From Paraspadella gotoi (Eukaryota; Animalia; Chaetognatha), in the NCBI GenBank assembly GCA_051294375.1, contig CM119264.1, positions 17,605,795 to 17,669,794 of the forward strand: a stretch of 64,000 nt of DNA, given 5' to 3'. The notes beneath the pieces are model-generated. The model did no database searches. It was not told where the DNA came from and saw nothing but the letters and a program-made list of their open reading frames with translations. Within the stretch, counting starts at the first letter, position 1, and every line of letters starts with the position of its first letter. The translations under genes were made by a program, and so were the position numbers. Positions 52,483 to 64,000 of this stretch are shown in pieces.

Positions 52483-54019
52483 TCATGAGCGATGAATGAC
52501 GTTAATAATCGCACGAGTAGGCAAAACAGTTTCTTTTCGTGTTTTGTTTCCCACAGTTTTTTTTCCACTGTTATGTTTTATCCGACTTTGTTTCCTACTT
52601 TGCTTTTCGCATTCGTCAGGATTTTTATCTTTCTTTTCACTCTTAAGGAATCCAGATGATGTGCCGGTCTTGTCTCCCTTTATATTTCGATTACTGTTTT
52701 GTTTCACGGTTTTCTGCTTCTCGTTTTTCTTTTCGTGTCGCGTCGGTTTCACGCAAGTCGATCGATCTTTTGGTTGCGTCTTTCGATTGTCATTAACTTC
52801 TCCTCCGAATCTGTTCTTTTGTTTCAACGAAGCGCTAGAACGACGTCGCTCTCCATTCAGCTTTGGAGTCTCTTTGTCTGTAAGACCCACTCGATCGTTG
52901 TAAAAATTGTTGTTGTTGTCGTCGTCGTACAGCGACGTCATGGATTCTAAATCGTCGTCGTCTTCCTCTTTTTCCTTTTCCTCCTTTTCTTTCTTCGCTT
53001 TCTCCTCTTCTTCTTTCTTTTTGTCCAAATTCAATTCTTCCCCACATTTGAGGCAGTAATAAAGATTTTCGGTTCCTCTGAAATATCCTTCCAGCATTAG
53101 GTTTTCTTTGCACCTGTCAAACAAAGTACTCAGTACTCATTTTTGTTACAACGAGGATCGATGAATTTGTAACCACCTGGTGCAATTGAAACACTGCGTG
53201 TGATATCTAACGTTTTCCAATTCGACGTACATGACTCCGGGCAAAAGCTTCTCGTGACAAGTGGCGCACTTCCGTAGAAAAAATTCAAGGTAGCACGCCC
53301 TGTTGCGATGATAATATTAAGGTGAGGGTTTCTTGTTCAAAACGCTATTCATTATACCTAAATGTAACCAAGTTGTTTACGTCGATGTACGTCTTACTTG
53401 CAATAAGGATTATTATCTTTCAACATGTATTGTAAATTCGCGAGGAAATTTGTCTGACATCTAAAACATCTTAGGCATTCCGGGTGATATTGATGCGTGT
53501 TGAACACAACCTCAATTCAAAAATTGGAGAAAAGTTAACAATTATCCTTATTAGCCGCTACCGTTGATTCGTGCTTACTTTCAATTCCATAACGGGTTTT
53601 CTGCATCTCCAGCATGGCTCGCGCTCTATCAAGTAATTGCAACACAAGCAAAGCAATTCGCCGTCGATTTCAAGAAATCCTTCGGGTCCAGAAACAACCT
53701 TTAAATTCGATATATACATGAAACGTTTTGTCCTCATATACATAAATATCCAGCTCATTAAGATTTTACGATGGATAGATTCAGTTTTCACCATTAAAAA
53801 AGGATTCGCTTAATAAAGTTAATTAATACAATGAATTTTAATTGTACCCGATACCTTTTGACATCGTTGGCACTTGACGCATTTCGCGTGAAACGCCCTT
53901 CCGTCACGAAGGAAGATATTCGGCTTTCGTAAGATTTTCGCTTTGCAGGCGAAACAAGTTGAATGATCGGGCAAAAGACTTTTCTTCTTTGGGTCGAATA
54001 TCAAAGGAAATTCTTGCAT
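52483..54019 (-). CDS. Three-LIM-domain protein (383 aa) with acidic/basic low-complexity C-terminal tail. Exons 54019-53855, 53698-53579, 53510-53398, 53299-53177, 53113-52483
   Basis: GT-AG introns in phases 0,0,2,2 give an unbroken frame. LIM1 CFAC..HAKCVKCQRC..CLCC; LIM2 CWRC..HPECLRCFRC..CKAC; LIM3 CATC..HTQCFNCTRC..CLKC. The 3' end could splice further. Confidence 0.9.
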
Positions 54020-55167
54020 CTCTTTTCCGTGAAAAAAAAAGTGATAAAAAAAAAGGGTGAAAAAAATTTTAAAATAAAATAATATCTAGAAAAAACGAAA
54101 TGCCTAACAACAAAAAAGTAGCGCAAAGATGAAACGAAATATTTTTTTAAAAATTGTCCTAATTACAACTTGGTATTCCATTTATCCAGATTTTCATCAC
54201 ATGATTTCTTTTCACCGAAAATACCTCGAAACTTCTGATAATATAATCGTTCCGTTTATGTAATAAATTCGGGTCTCTTCGGCAAGGTTAAAGTTCACCG
54301 CATTTTCATGCATGACTACCCAAACCTAGAATTATAAAAAAATAAACAGGATCGATCCAAAGCGAGCGCGCGTCGATCATTCAATTCATTTCAAGTTCTA
54401 GACTTGCATAATGAAAACGGACAAAAGAGTTAACATTTTTTTTATAAAATATTTATTTTTAAAAAATAAAAAGGATTTGACATGTATATTTCGTTGAGGA
54501 AACAAAGACAAAAAGGACTTAATAAGCATTCCCGAGCGAATCTGATGGAACACAGCTCGTTTTTGTCTTTCCTCCTTTCGCGTTGGCAGGAATGTCGAAA
54601 CTCCCCTTTTTTTCTTTTTTTTCTCATTTTTTTTCACTTTTTTTTTCGCTTTTGGAAAGAGATTTTTTTCAATCAGAGCTGAAACTCTGATTTGCTTGTC
54701 TAGTGAGCGTCAACACTGGAACAGCAGTAAATTTAACAATTCCTTACCAGCCCCGCCTTACCTTAATGCTTTCTTTTTGCCATTTTCCTTCCCTCTTATT
54801 ATTTTCCATTTCCCGAACTTTTTTTTTTCGTTTCTTTAATCCCCATCAAATAGCGATTTTCCTCCTTTCTTCTTTCTCATTTTTACTGTTCCTTTTATCC
54901 TTCACCTTTCCTCTTTCCTTCCCTTGTATTTTTTTAGTTCCTCCTTATTTTTCACATATTCCCTTTCTTCTATTTCAAATTCCTTTTAGCCCCCCTCTGT
55001 TTACTTCGATGGACTTTTTCTCTTTCAACCTTTCTAAGGCTTCAATGTCTTTTAATTGTTATCGAATGCTTCGTAGTGCTCGCATGTTAATTTCGGAAAA
55101 CTGGGCTATATGCAACCGTCAAAAACAAAACAAAATGTGAAAAATATTAGTATCTGACTAACATTCA

Positions 55168-55240
<73 letters not shown>

Positions 55241-55243
55241 AGA

Positions 55244-55283
<40 letters not shown>

Positions 55284-56039
55284 GGGGGGAGAGAGAGAGA
55301 GAGATTTTACAACGAAGTAACAAAATGGGAAAATATGAAGATTCATGTGGAACCAAAAAGTGGAGAAAATAATCAGTTGAGGCGAACAAAATAAACTGGG
55401 AGATGGTTGTTTGGATAAAAATTTTGTGAGTTTTGGAATCTTTTGTGGAAAATCGGAGATGTGACTTTGTTTACTAATCTACTAATCTCAATTTTTACTG
55501 TTGGTGCTGCTCAAATAAATCAAATATTTCCAACATGAACGAAACGAGATTTTCAACAGACGCTACGACATTGACAAAGACTGAAAGATTAGTGACCAAA
55601 GTTCATTGCGAAGGGCGCGACGACCAAGACAACGACGTCAATGATATTTTTACGATGTCCCGACGTCCAAGCTCTTCGTTTTGAAGACATTTTAGGACCA
55701 TTACTTTGCTTCTTGAAACCATCCCAGTCCTCCGCCCTTTAACCATTTTCCCTCCCTCCCAATCCGCTCCCAGGTCACCCGAACCGTACGTCCCTCGCCC
55801 GATGGCCCGCCCGCCCTTCAGCCCGCCCGTCCCGAAAGACTGTTTTTGTGTCCCATTAAAATGTAGAAAACAAAACAGGGCGAAGGGAAAAGTCTTCCCT
55901 TCTCCCATTTTCCTCTTTCTTTCGGGTTCGAGATTTTATTCTCCGGCTCCAGAGTTATTATGGTCCGGGTACCGGAGGAGACTTTCTGTGGGGATGGGAA
56001 ACTTTTGGGTTTGGTGAAAGGCGGCTCCCGATCTCAAGC

Positions 56040-56119
<80 letters not shown>

Positions 56120-56345
56120 TTCTTATTTCTCTTTTTTTTTTGGCATTTGGCCAAAGGAAGGGGGGCATGGCTGGGATAACGAAAATGTAATGGGGTGTTG
56201 AATGTACATCGAGGGAATATTTTGGCGGTACCTAGTTCGAGATGGGAGCACAATTTTTTTTTTTTTTTAAATTTGAACTTTAGTGGATCTGTCGTCGGGC
56301 ATTGCCTAAGTTCACCCTGTCTATAAGCATGACACTTCCAGCTGA

Positions 56346-56520
56346 GTCCCGGAGGCTCGTTGATTAAAGCCATCAGCTCATGAACACTAGGTACCAGGTT
56401 CAATCCCAACCCAATCCCAACCCAATCCCAATCCAATCCCAACGCAGTACCTTCAAGACTGGTTCTAAGCTGAGGACCCGTTCCATGGTTACTGAGGAGG
56501 CGTAGACGTTACGGAAAGTA
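56346..56520 (+). mobile_element. Possible tRNA-derived SINE fragment
   Basis: A-box-like ggctcgttgattaaagc and B-box GGTTCAATCCC (56397-56407) at tRNA-like spacing, followed by a (CCCAAT/CCCAA)n expansion. No intact cloverleaf. Confidence 0.4.
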
Positions 56521-57658
56521 GTTTTCAGCCCACTTTGCGCCTTATCAACAGATCTAGACATGAAAGTCCAAATGGAACGCTATATATTCTACAAGTAGAC
56601 AAACAGAATGACTGACGAAATGACGCGGCAGCAAGTCTAATGGCAATTCCTAAAACAATCAAAGAGGCTCTCTTCTTAGTTTGTTCATTGTAAAAGTAAT
56701 TAAAAGAGACTAAAAATGGCGCATTTTTCATCCATTGCACGTTAACTACATATTTTTCTCTTTAAATACTCTCTAGATTCTGATGAAGATTAAGTCGTTG
56801 TGCTCGCAGGAAAAAAAGGGCAATGCGACGGAAAGATGTTAACGACGACGACGACGACAAAGACGACGATGACGACGAAACGCCTCGTTTTTCCTCTGTT
56901 TTTTTTTTTTCGTCGCGACGAAACTAAAACAAAATCTCGTTCGCGACAGAAAACGATCTAGTGAAACCTCATTATGATCCTCTCATACCGTCGACGTCTT
57001 CGCCCGTCTACGTCATCGCTCATATGCTTAATCATTTTCGTCGTCGTCGTCGTCGTCGTCGTAGACGTCTCCGGTTGACCGCGTTGAGGTCAACCAGTTT
57101 AATGGTCAAGTGGTCATTCGTGGGCGGTGAGATTCAATTATAAAACCGTCGATGGACGTTTTCAACGCGGCACCGACGTAGACCGAACTCGAACGCCTAG
57201 TCCAAGTTTGGTCTCCGTCCTCATTGTCGGATCTTATCCCTATGGGCCACGCCCACCTTCGAGCCACCAGCGGCGAAGCGTCTCCCATTTTCGTTCGAAT
57301 CCCACGTGAACCGCATAATACTCGGGACAAAGTGAGGCTTTTTACAAGTTCATTCATCACTTTCATTGGCCCGAGAGTTCTTATCAAAAATTTATCCTCT
57401 GGATAAATCAAAATCCCACCACCGATGTCACTAGTCAACATCGGGAGTGAAAGTCGCCCAAAACTCGGAAGCCCAATGACTCTCTCGCTCAATAGACATA
57501 GTCATCCCAATAGACTTAGTCATCCCAACCATGTCTGCCAGGGGCTTATCCCCACCTTCGCTGGCCCAAGGGCGCTGCTCCCATCCCCTCACTTACCCCG
57601 AGCAGCGGCGAGAAAACGACCGTTTTAACTCTTTCTCTTTTTTCCCTTTTTTTATCCT

Positions 57659-57707
<49 letters not shown>

Positions 57708-60160
57708 TGGTCAAGTTTTCAGAGTTAAAAAAACGAAGATTTTCTCTGGAAGAAAAAAAAAGGATGAAAGAAAAAGATGAGGAGAAAAAGAGAGTAAATG
57801 GAAAGAGAGTTTTGACTCAGTCGTAATTCCGTTTATGGAGAATGAGGCGGAAGCAAAACGGGGAATGGTAAAACTAGTTAAAAAATTATTCTCGACTTGT
57901 GTGCGGTTACGATGTCAAGGGTTCTTACTTTGAACGACATGGGAAATTTTAAAGAGGTACGAAGTACCTTCGATGTATTCGTTGAAAAAAACCTGTAAAA
58001 TCGACAGAATTTATTACGAGCGCAAAGTATTTTCTATCGCTGCTCAATTGATCAAAATTCTGCTTTGTCTCAAGCAGAACCGCAAAATCCGTTCGAATCA
58101 TAATCAATCATATCGCATCATAATACGAACAGCAACAAAGTTCAATTGTTCGTCACCGAGTTTGTCCGTTATTTCACAGTTCACGCCTTGCTCGTTTTGT
58201 CGTCGTTACAAAGTCGTTAAGACGTCGGGCGTTAGTATGTTTGTAATATGTAAAAAGTTTGTTCGTAAAGGACGGATGAAAAAAAAATTTTTGACCAAGA
58301 CCGCAACCCAAGGGATGGAATTTCTCCCTCGTTTCGGTCGGGCGTCTGTTTAATTGCCCCCAGGGTTATAATCTCTGCTCCCGAAAGAAGAAGACAGAAG
58401 GGGATAGAGAGAAGGCGAAAGGTCAAAAATCAAGTTATAGTTGTAAGAGAAAAATTTATACCAAGAGACGATAGAAGGGATGGAAAAGGGGAGGAAACGG
58501 GAGAAATAGAAAATATTAAAGAAGGCGAGGTATGAACGAGATTGTAAGGAGAAGAGAGAAAATAGAAGGAGAGAAAGAGAAGAATAGACCGGAATATTTT
58601 AAAACGAATCGTGGAAGGAACCCGAAGCACCGACTACTAATCGGTTTTTGGATGAAGGAGAGAAGTGGAAAAGATTGAAAGAAGAGAAAAGGAGGTAAAG
58701 GAAAATGAAAATGGAAGGGAAAGGAGGGCAAGAAAAGAGAAAATAAGGGAAGAAAAGAAATAAATGAATCGAAGTATTAAAGGAGAAAGGAAGAATAAGA
58801 ATGATAAAAGGAAAAGAAAGAACGTTTTATTATAGGCCTTTGACGAATTTTCCTGTGAAATCGGTGTAGGGCGTCACCTGAGAGCTCGGCTTGTTGGCTG
58901 CTTGCTGTTGAAAATTTGTTAAAGGGAAGATATAAACTGAAACTTATATAATATAAATATACATTATACAATAAATTGATACTGAATTAAGAATTGAGAA
59001 TATCAAATAATTTATGAATATGAGGTCTGTTTTATTTCGTTGTCAATTGATATGAATAAGTAATATCAGAAGAATTTCTTGAAACAAATTTATGAGACGA
59101 AAAAAGCCTATAGAACGAGTTTAATGACTGGCACCAAAACAACTACAAAGACCAAAACCGAAGCGATGCAGCGATAAACAAGTTAAATTTATGACAGCGA
59201 AATCGTCGTTCAGCAAATACAAAACAGGCATAAAAACAAACAGGAAAAAGTAAAAGCAACAACTTGTGCAACATTCTGTCGACGAGATGATTGCTTCTCT
59301 CGGCCTCCGCAGGCTTTTCCAGGGTTTTACGACGTCACCCACGCCGTGCTTCCTTCCGTGATCTGCGTGTGCAACGTGCGACGGCTTTCCTCTTGTGACT
59401 TTGAGCGATTCGGCGATCCGCGTGCGCGCTACGGACGCCATTTTGAGTGCAAGAAAACCGCGTGCCTTTGCGTGCATGAAATGGGCTGACGTTTGAGTCT
59501 TGACCTCGATTTTACGTTACACAGAGGGAACTTTTGACCGTTCAGGTTAAAATGCGTCGTTTTCATCTTTCATCGCTTCCTTCGTCCTCTTAGTCATAGT
59601 GGTTATCGTCGTAGTCCTGGCATCTTTGCCATCACAGGCTTTTTCCTCTACACCTTGCCTTGATTTTTTTTTGTTAACGCGTTTAATTTCTTTTTATTTT
59701 TTTTTTCTGTCTAATTTAGACGATATGAAAATCAAATTATAACTTTGATTCTATTAGGTTGATGAAGTGAATAGAAAATCTGATGCAAACTTTTTTTGTG
59801 TGAACTCATGAGAAGCTGATTTGAAACGGGCGAATTTTATACTCCAAGTAATCTTTCTATAAATTTTTAATCCTTGTTTAGTAGTGGTACAAAGATTAGC
59901 TGACAAGTTATTTCACAAGCCTAACTGCCCTACGTCATCAATATGCTTGAAAAAAATTAAATCAAGCCCAACTACACGAGATCGATTCGCTTTTGTCCGC
60001 CCGTCTCACTTGTCGAAAATCTCTGAGACTTTTTCTCCTTTTTTTTTTCTTTCGAGACAAAAAAAAATAAAATCGAGGCTAAGAAAATAAAAATAAAGAA
60101 GAAGCGGATTAAATTTTTGACAGGGATGATGCTAAGAATAGAAAATCATCCTTTTAAGCC

Positions 60161-60248
<88 letters not shown>

Positions 60249-62420
60249 GAAAGAAGAGGAGGCGGGAACAGAGGGAAGAAAGAAGTGGAAGGAAGGGGAA
60301 AAAAAGAAGAGTCGGGTGGAAAGCAAATAAATGACATGGAAGAATGCAAGGGCAACATCAAGGCCGAGAAATAAAGCAGCAAATTGACAAAGGCGTATCG
60401 AGTTCGGATTTTTTTTTTAGAAAAGGGATAAAGGGAAAGAGACAACGGGACAAAGGGACAAAGGGAGAGGGAAATAGATAAGGGATGTAATGGGAACCGG
60501 AAGGAGGACCGAGTCCGAAGACACGAGTGGGAAAAATTGTAGGAGATATGGAAGTCGGCGCCTTAAGAGAAACATTTCTCGTACACGTTCATTATATGAC
60601 ACGCCACTGAAGATATACATAAAAAGTGCACTTTTAATTAGTTATAAAAATGGCTGCGGCACATTTTAAAAAATCCAACGTTAAAAAAAAAGGCTTTGAT
60701 GAAAGTATAACAACAAGCGCTAAAATTGTCGATACCTAACAATACCAACGGCACACAAAAGGGGGAAAAAAGGAATTTTTCATGGTGGAGAATGTTAAGA
60801 ATGGAAAAGAGAGAAAAAAAAATTCCGTGGAAAGAAAAAAACCGGCTTTAAGACTTTCTGGGGGGGGAAAGGGGGAGATGACGACGACGAGAACGAAGAG
60901 GACGATGAGGAGCTGATGATAGTCGTTGGTCCCCCGCGAAGCCGATAATCCGCCTTCCATTGACAGCAATTGACATCGTCGCGGTATCTTTGTCGCCATC
61001 GTCTTCGTCGTCGTCAACGTCGTCGACAACGTCGTAATTGTCTTCGTCATCAACGCCGTCATCGTCGTTAAGTGGCTGTCCTCGGCATCGTCGTAATTGT
61101 CGCCCGAAACTCGAAGTCGACAGTCGATGAAGGCATTTTGTATTAAAGAGTCCGAGAAAAGAACGAGTCCGAGTCCCAGGGTCCATGACCACTGGCCAGG
61201 GTCAGACTTTGGTCATTCTCGCTCTTTCAGTTATGAGTGGCCGTTTTCCGCCTATGTTCTTTCTCCTTTCGGTTTCGGAAATAAAAAAAAAGATGGAGAG
61301 AAAAAAAAGAGAAAAAGACATTGACGTCGTTTTCGACGCCGTCGTCACCATCGCCGACCCGCGAAGGCGAAAGGTTCAATCGTTGCTCCATTACGATCGT
61401 TTCCTAAAAAACGTCACGAGGGGGAGATTCGTCGAGTCTGACGACGCCGCTCCAACAGGAAGGGAGGAGCTGCTTGCATCGCGGAGGAGTCCAAACTCGA
61501 TTTCATCAAACGAAGCTTCGCATAATTTTTCGTCTGAAATTCGCGGGATTTAAAATTGAGGCTTAAAATTTTTCGAATGTAATTGCGTAAGAAATTAATT
61601 TAATGATCCGTCATTTCAAACTTATTTCTCTATATATTTTTATATCGCGTTCGTGGAAATCCTTCGCACGTCTCCTCAATGAAGGCCTCGTGCTTGAGAC
61701 TTCCTTTGCCCCCACCGTCTCTGTTGTGCCGATATCCTTGCAAACTCCCACCCAGTCTGTCTTCACGAGATATTTTATTGTAATGAAAGATGAAATAGGA
61801 AAATAGAGACGAGGAAAGGAGGAGAGGAGAAGAGTCTGACCTTGAGAGAGAGAGAGAGGAGTTAGTAGGGAGAGTAGGAGATAGGAGGAGAGAGGAGCCG
61901 TTCCATTGGGGCAGGGAAAATCCATGCCCCTTGGGTGGTAGCCCCAGGGGGCAGGTTTTTCTAGCCCCCTGGGGGGATTCCCCTGGAGTGGCCCCTTGTG
62001 GCTCAAAATTAAGAGGGCTACAGGGGGCCGCCCCCTAGGCGTAAGGATTTGCCTTGCCCCTCGGGCCGCCCCGCGGAGCCACCCCCGCCGTGGGGCCGCC
62101 CCAGTACCGCCCCCAGGGGGAAGCGATTTATGGAAGGTATGGACATTACTTGCCCCATCTCTTTGAAAAATCCGACCCGAACCGACTCTTTTCTTTTATT
62201 TTCTTTGCCCACACTTTTTCTGCCTCTTTTTTTTTTTCCTTTTCCCTCGTATCACCCTTGCACCAACAAAGAAATGAGAAGTAATTCCTGCGCATTATTT
62301 ACCCCCGCATTCAGCGAGGAAGAATTTCAAAAGAAAAAGAGAGCTGATAAAACTTGAATGGATCTCTCTCCTTCTCTCTTCATTTTCCTTACCCTGCAAA
62401 TTCATCCTTCGTGTTTCCTA

Positions 62421-62487
<67 letters not shown>

Positions 62488-64000
62488 CTCTCCATCTTCA
62501 GCTGGAAGTTTTTAAACGCATTAAGAAATCCCTTGAACAAACAAACGCGTGATTCAAGAGGCCGGCGGCCCCATAAGCGAGGGGGGTCTGGAGGGGCAAG
62601 TGCCCGCTGGGGCCGCGAGTCGGGCTGGCTAGGGGGGCGGAAGGGCGGAAAACTTCTACATACCTTTGCGCCGTCGAGGCGTACGCGGAGGTCCGTGTGG
62701 CGGTCAGGACACCTCGGTATTGGCTCAGGGCCTCTCATATTTGAACGCCAGTTCGAGATACTCGAGCGCGAAGTTGGAAGCCCGTTAACGGGGTGGGGTA
62801 TCCGTCCGGGATTGTATGCTCCGTCGGGAGCCAGAGGGTGATCTTCTTCGGATCTTTACCTGCAGAGAGACGAGGGAGGCCGGGGGGGCTTCGTTTTTTA
62901 GATCCAGCGAGAAGGGTTGGTGCTCGGGGGTTGGAAATTCCCCGTCCGCCGAAACGGGATTTGCATTTACAAATGCAACTTTCTTATTTCATTTTCCAAT
63001 CTCCCCTTGCTTCTCCTATTCTTTTCTCTCATTCTCTCTCACTGCTGTGTACTCTCCCTCTCTTTCTCACGGTTAGGAGAAAGGAAGGCGTCAAAAAATT
63101 GCGAAGGGGTTGGGGAGNNNNNNNNNNNNNNNNNNNNNNNNNCGCAGAAGTTTCGGGAATATTTTTTTTTCCCAAGTTGACGAGGCTGACGAAGCTTTTC
63201 AGGAAAACAGTAAAATAGAATAAAATTGTAATATTTATTCTTTTTTTTTATTTTGCTTATTTGCGTATTTTTGTTTCAACTTTTACCGTTGTTTTCAAAC
63301 AATAAAAAACTTTACATTTAAAATGTATTTTTCTTAAAGTTCATTGTTTATTGTATCGTAATTCAGGTTTGGTCGCGTTGTTACGATAACGTTACACGAT
63401 GACTTATATGTCGAGATGAAAAAAAAAAAGAATTTGGAAATTGATGGATTTTTTTCCCTTTCATTTTTTCTTTTCAATTTTAAAGTCGGGATTTGACTAA
63501 ATTTTTACCTCGGCTCGGCGGCGCGCACCCGCCCCCTTTTCATCCCCTCAAGACTTTTCCAAAAGGAAGATTGATCTCGTGTTGCGAAAGCGAATAAAAA
63601 GTTTTCAGCATCAAACATTTTTCACGTTGACATCGCTTTAGAAAAAAAAAATTTGCGCCCCCTCCCTTTTTTACGAGGGAGGGGAATATTTTGGGAAAAT
63701 TTTAGTTAAAAAGCGGATTTTTTTTTTTATCAGCGGCAGCGCGAGCGGCAGCCGCGGCGTACGAAAATTCTCACGTTCGCTGGCGCGAAGCGAAGGCGAC
63801 AGCAGCCGGTGAAATCGCCGTCGAGACGAGAGAGGAAAATGTGAAAATGACGATAAAAAAATTATTTATCGACCCATCGTCCAATTTTCAACGACGTTAC
63901 GAGTTTATCCGTGGAAGCGCCGAAAGTTAGACAGTGGACGAGACGTGTAAAATTGTGATGAAAAAAAATGTTGTCATTAAAAAAAGCGATTTTATGATGT

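Noticed and set aside
57106-57628. ORF cluster 57106-57628
   Set aside because: No recognisable motif in any frame and no convincing splice pair.

Overview
Repeat-rich eukaryotic draft-assembly window, probably from an invertebrate animal (not provable from sequence alone). It has N gaps, abundant (AG)n and (CGA)n microsatellites, and stretches that look like unpolished long reads. Supported content: (1) a ~5.3 kb DIRS-type tyrosine-recombinase retrotransposon (5640-10955, - strand) with ~200-bp inverted terminal repeats and gag, RT, RNase H, methyltransferase-like and YR motifs, all frameshifted; (2) a ~2.6 kb array of a 70-bp unit; (3) three copies of a hairpin-rich SINE-like retroposon, one with an 11-bp TSD; (4) a five-exon gene for a 383-aa protein with three LIM domains (- strand, 52483-54019). 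The most notable feature is (5): a four-exon spliced gene (47985-50726, + strand) that no single ORF in the track shows whole. Its joined product carries the colinear signature blocks of nicotianamine synthase (NAS), a SAM-dependent metallophore synthase known from plants, some fungi, archaea and bacteria, and not a normal animal gene. Most of the other listed ORFs are microsatellite or antisense artefacts.
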